A stretch of 64,000 nucleotides of DNA from Escherichia coli (lineage in GTDB: Bacteria; Pseudomonadota; Gammaproteobacteria; Enterobacterales; Enterobacteriaceae). Both the position numbers and the translations under genes were made by a program. Under the pieces are notes generated by a model. That model ran no database searches, was not told where the DNA came from, and worked only from the letters and a program-made list of their open reading frames with translations. The DNA lies in the NCBI RefSeq assembly GCF_050920415.1, contig NZ_CP169309.1; one strand, written 5' to 3'. Every line of letters begins with the position of its first letter. Position 1 is the first letter of the stretch. Below, in pieces: positions 62,591 to 64,000 of this stretch.

Positions 62591-62890
62591 TCAAGCTAAC
62601 GAACGCAGTGATAACTCAAAAATAATCATCTCGGCCTGGCATGAGAAGGTGAAGGCCGCATCAAGTTCAACTTGCCCCTCCAGATCCTTAATCTTATAGG
62701 CCACGCTGGCCCCTTCATCCGCAGAGGATGCAGCGGTGGCAAGCTCTTTCAGTTTAGTCATAAAGGACTCTGCTTCTTCGCGGGTGGCAAAAAAGCGCGA
62801 AAACTTACTGGTACAGTTGTCGTTATCAATCACCGTACCGATATCAATCGCACATCCTTTAGTACTGCATTTATCTACGACATCTTTCAT
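62591..62890 (-). CDS. yiiS: UPF0381 family protein YiiS
   Basis: 99 aa, [47 protein letters not shown].. Confidence 0.88.
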   Translation of the reverse strand: MKDVVDKCSTKGCAIDIGTVIDNDNCTSKFSRFFATREEAESFMTKLKELATAASSADEGASVAYKIKDLEGQVELDAAFTFSCQAEMIIFELSLRSLA

Positions 62891-63101
62891 AGGGCACCTC
62901 TGTATATTCGCCTCTCTGTCGATTACGACTTAAGAATAATGCGCCGTTAAGGGAAGAACAAACAAGTAATGATCTTATGGATTACCATTTTTTTTGATAT
63001 TGCTTAAGGTGAAGAGCTCAGAAGGATTTTCCGGGCATTGTCATTTGCATGGTGGAAATAACAATCCCGGAAAAAAATAGCAGTAAGAGATATATTAAAG
63101 G

Positions 63102-63542
63102 TTAATTACTTGATTTATTGTCGGCTTTATACTTCACATCCTGAGTGTCTTTACCATATTTATTTTCGCCTTGTGTGCCAACAAACGCACCAAGATCGAT
63201 AAGCATCATCACCAGAATCAACGTCGGGACAAAACGCCCCACCGCCCATTGCCAGACACCAGGTAAAATCGCCCAGTTACCCGCCAGCAGCATCCACGCC
63301 ACAATCATCAGAAATGACCAGGCGCCGGAACGCCCGCGATCATGCAAGCGCTTAACGGTTACTGCCGCTGTTGGCCAAAGCAAGCACACAAGGCAAAACG
63401 CCGCGGTCTGAATATCGAGTAAATTTTTACCCGCCAGTGAGAAAAGCACCAGCATGCCTGCGAACCACAGGCCTATCCAAATCCAGAAATCACGGCGTCC
63501 AATACGCCCTTTAAATGAAAATAACCATTGCTGTATGGTCAT
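63102..63542 (-). CDS. yiiR: DUF805-family inner membrane protein YiiR
   Basis: 146 aa, MTIQQWLFSFKGRIGRRDFWIWIGLWFAGMLVLFSL.. Confidence 0.88.
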   Translation of the reverse strand: MTIQQWLFSFKGRIGRRDFWIWIGLWFAGMLVLFSLAGKNLLDIQTAAFCLVCLLWPTAAVTVKRLHDRGRSGAWSFLMIVAWMLLAGNWAILPGVWQWAVGRFVPTLILVMMLIDLGAFVGTQGENKYGKDTQDVKYKADNKSSN

Positions 63543-63641
63543 GTAAGTTCCTTGATGGTTGTCTTTTCCAGGATTCTACCCTTTTGACAAGGGCGACAGA
63601 TATCGTTTTAATCGGAGCCAGTCATAACAAAAGGTACTGTC

Positions 63642-64000
63642 AATGAAGCCAGGGTGTACGCTGTTTTTTCTCTTATGTTCTGCATTAACCGTTACAACAG
63701 CGGCGCATGCACAAACACCAGATACGGCAACGACCGCGCCTTATCTGCTGGCTGGAGCCCCTACTTTCGATCTCTCCATCAGCCAGTTTCGAGAAGACTT
63801 TAACAGCCAGAACCCCAGCCTGCCACTGAACGAATTTCGTGCCATCGACAGCAGTCCCGACAAAGCCAATCTCACTCGTGCTGCAAGTAAAATTAATGAG
63901 AACTTGTATGCTTCTACAGCGCTGGAGCGCGGTACCTTAAAAATCAAAAGCATTCAAATGACCTGGCTACCCATCCAGGGGCCAGAGCAAAAAGCCGCGA
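63642..64000 (+). CDS. yiiQ: Periplasmic protein YiiQ, N-terminal part only (gene continues past the window end)
   Basis: ATG at 63642 followed by MKPGCTLFFLLCSALTVTTAAHAQTPDTATT.. (signal peptide), open to the window end; absent from the ORF track because there is no stop. Confidence 0.8.

Overview
This 64 kb window reads as an Enterobacteriaceae (Escherichia coli-type) chromosomal segment running btuB-trmA-fabR-sthA-oxyR-oxyS ... argCBH/argE-ppc-eptC-yijO-frwD-pflCD-frwBC-ptsA-fsaB-gldA-yijFE-katG-metF ... metLB-metJ-yiiX-rpmE-priA-cytR-ftsN-hslVU-menA-rraA ... zapB-glpFK-glpX-fpr-uspD-yiiS-yiiR-yiiQ. Gene identities come from recognising the translated ORFs and known regulatory sequences; no database search was run, and coordinates of small motifs are approximate (about +/-3 nt). 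Many longest-ORF starts in the supplied track are upstream of the real start and were trimmed to the conserved N-termini. Three segments break the core-genome order as I recall it from E. coli K-12 and look like accessory insertions. (1) About 7.5 kb between metF and metL (about 35000-42660) carries three paralogous signal-peptide 5'-nucleotidase/metallophosphatase genes (one frameshifted), a Tsx-like nucleoside outer-membrane channel, and a cysteine-rich protein with an IS1 InsA-like zinc ribbon; this is the most interesting candidate system. (2) About 3.1 kb between oxyS and argH (about 6582-9670) carries an MFS sugar-acid-type transporter and an enolase-superfamily dehydratase behind an AT-rich leader. 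(3) About 1 kb between rraA and zapB (about 55990-57000) is very AT-rich and carries two small ORFs of unknown function. The rest is conserved housekeeping content, including the btuB cobalamin riboswitch, the oxyS sRNA, ArgR and MetJ operators, the hslVU sigma-32 promoter and several REP/BIME clusters.
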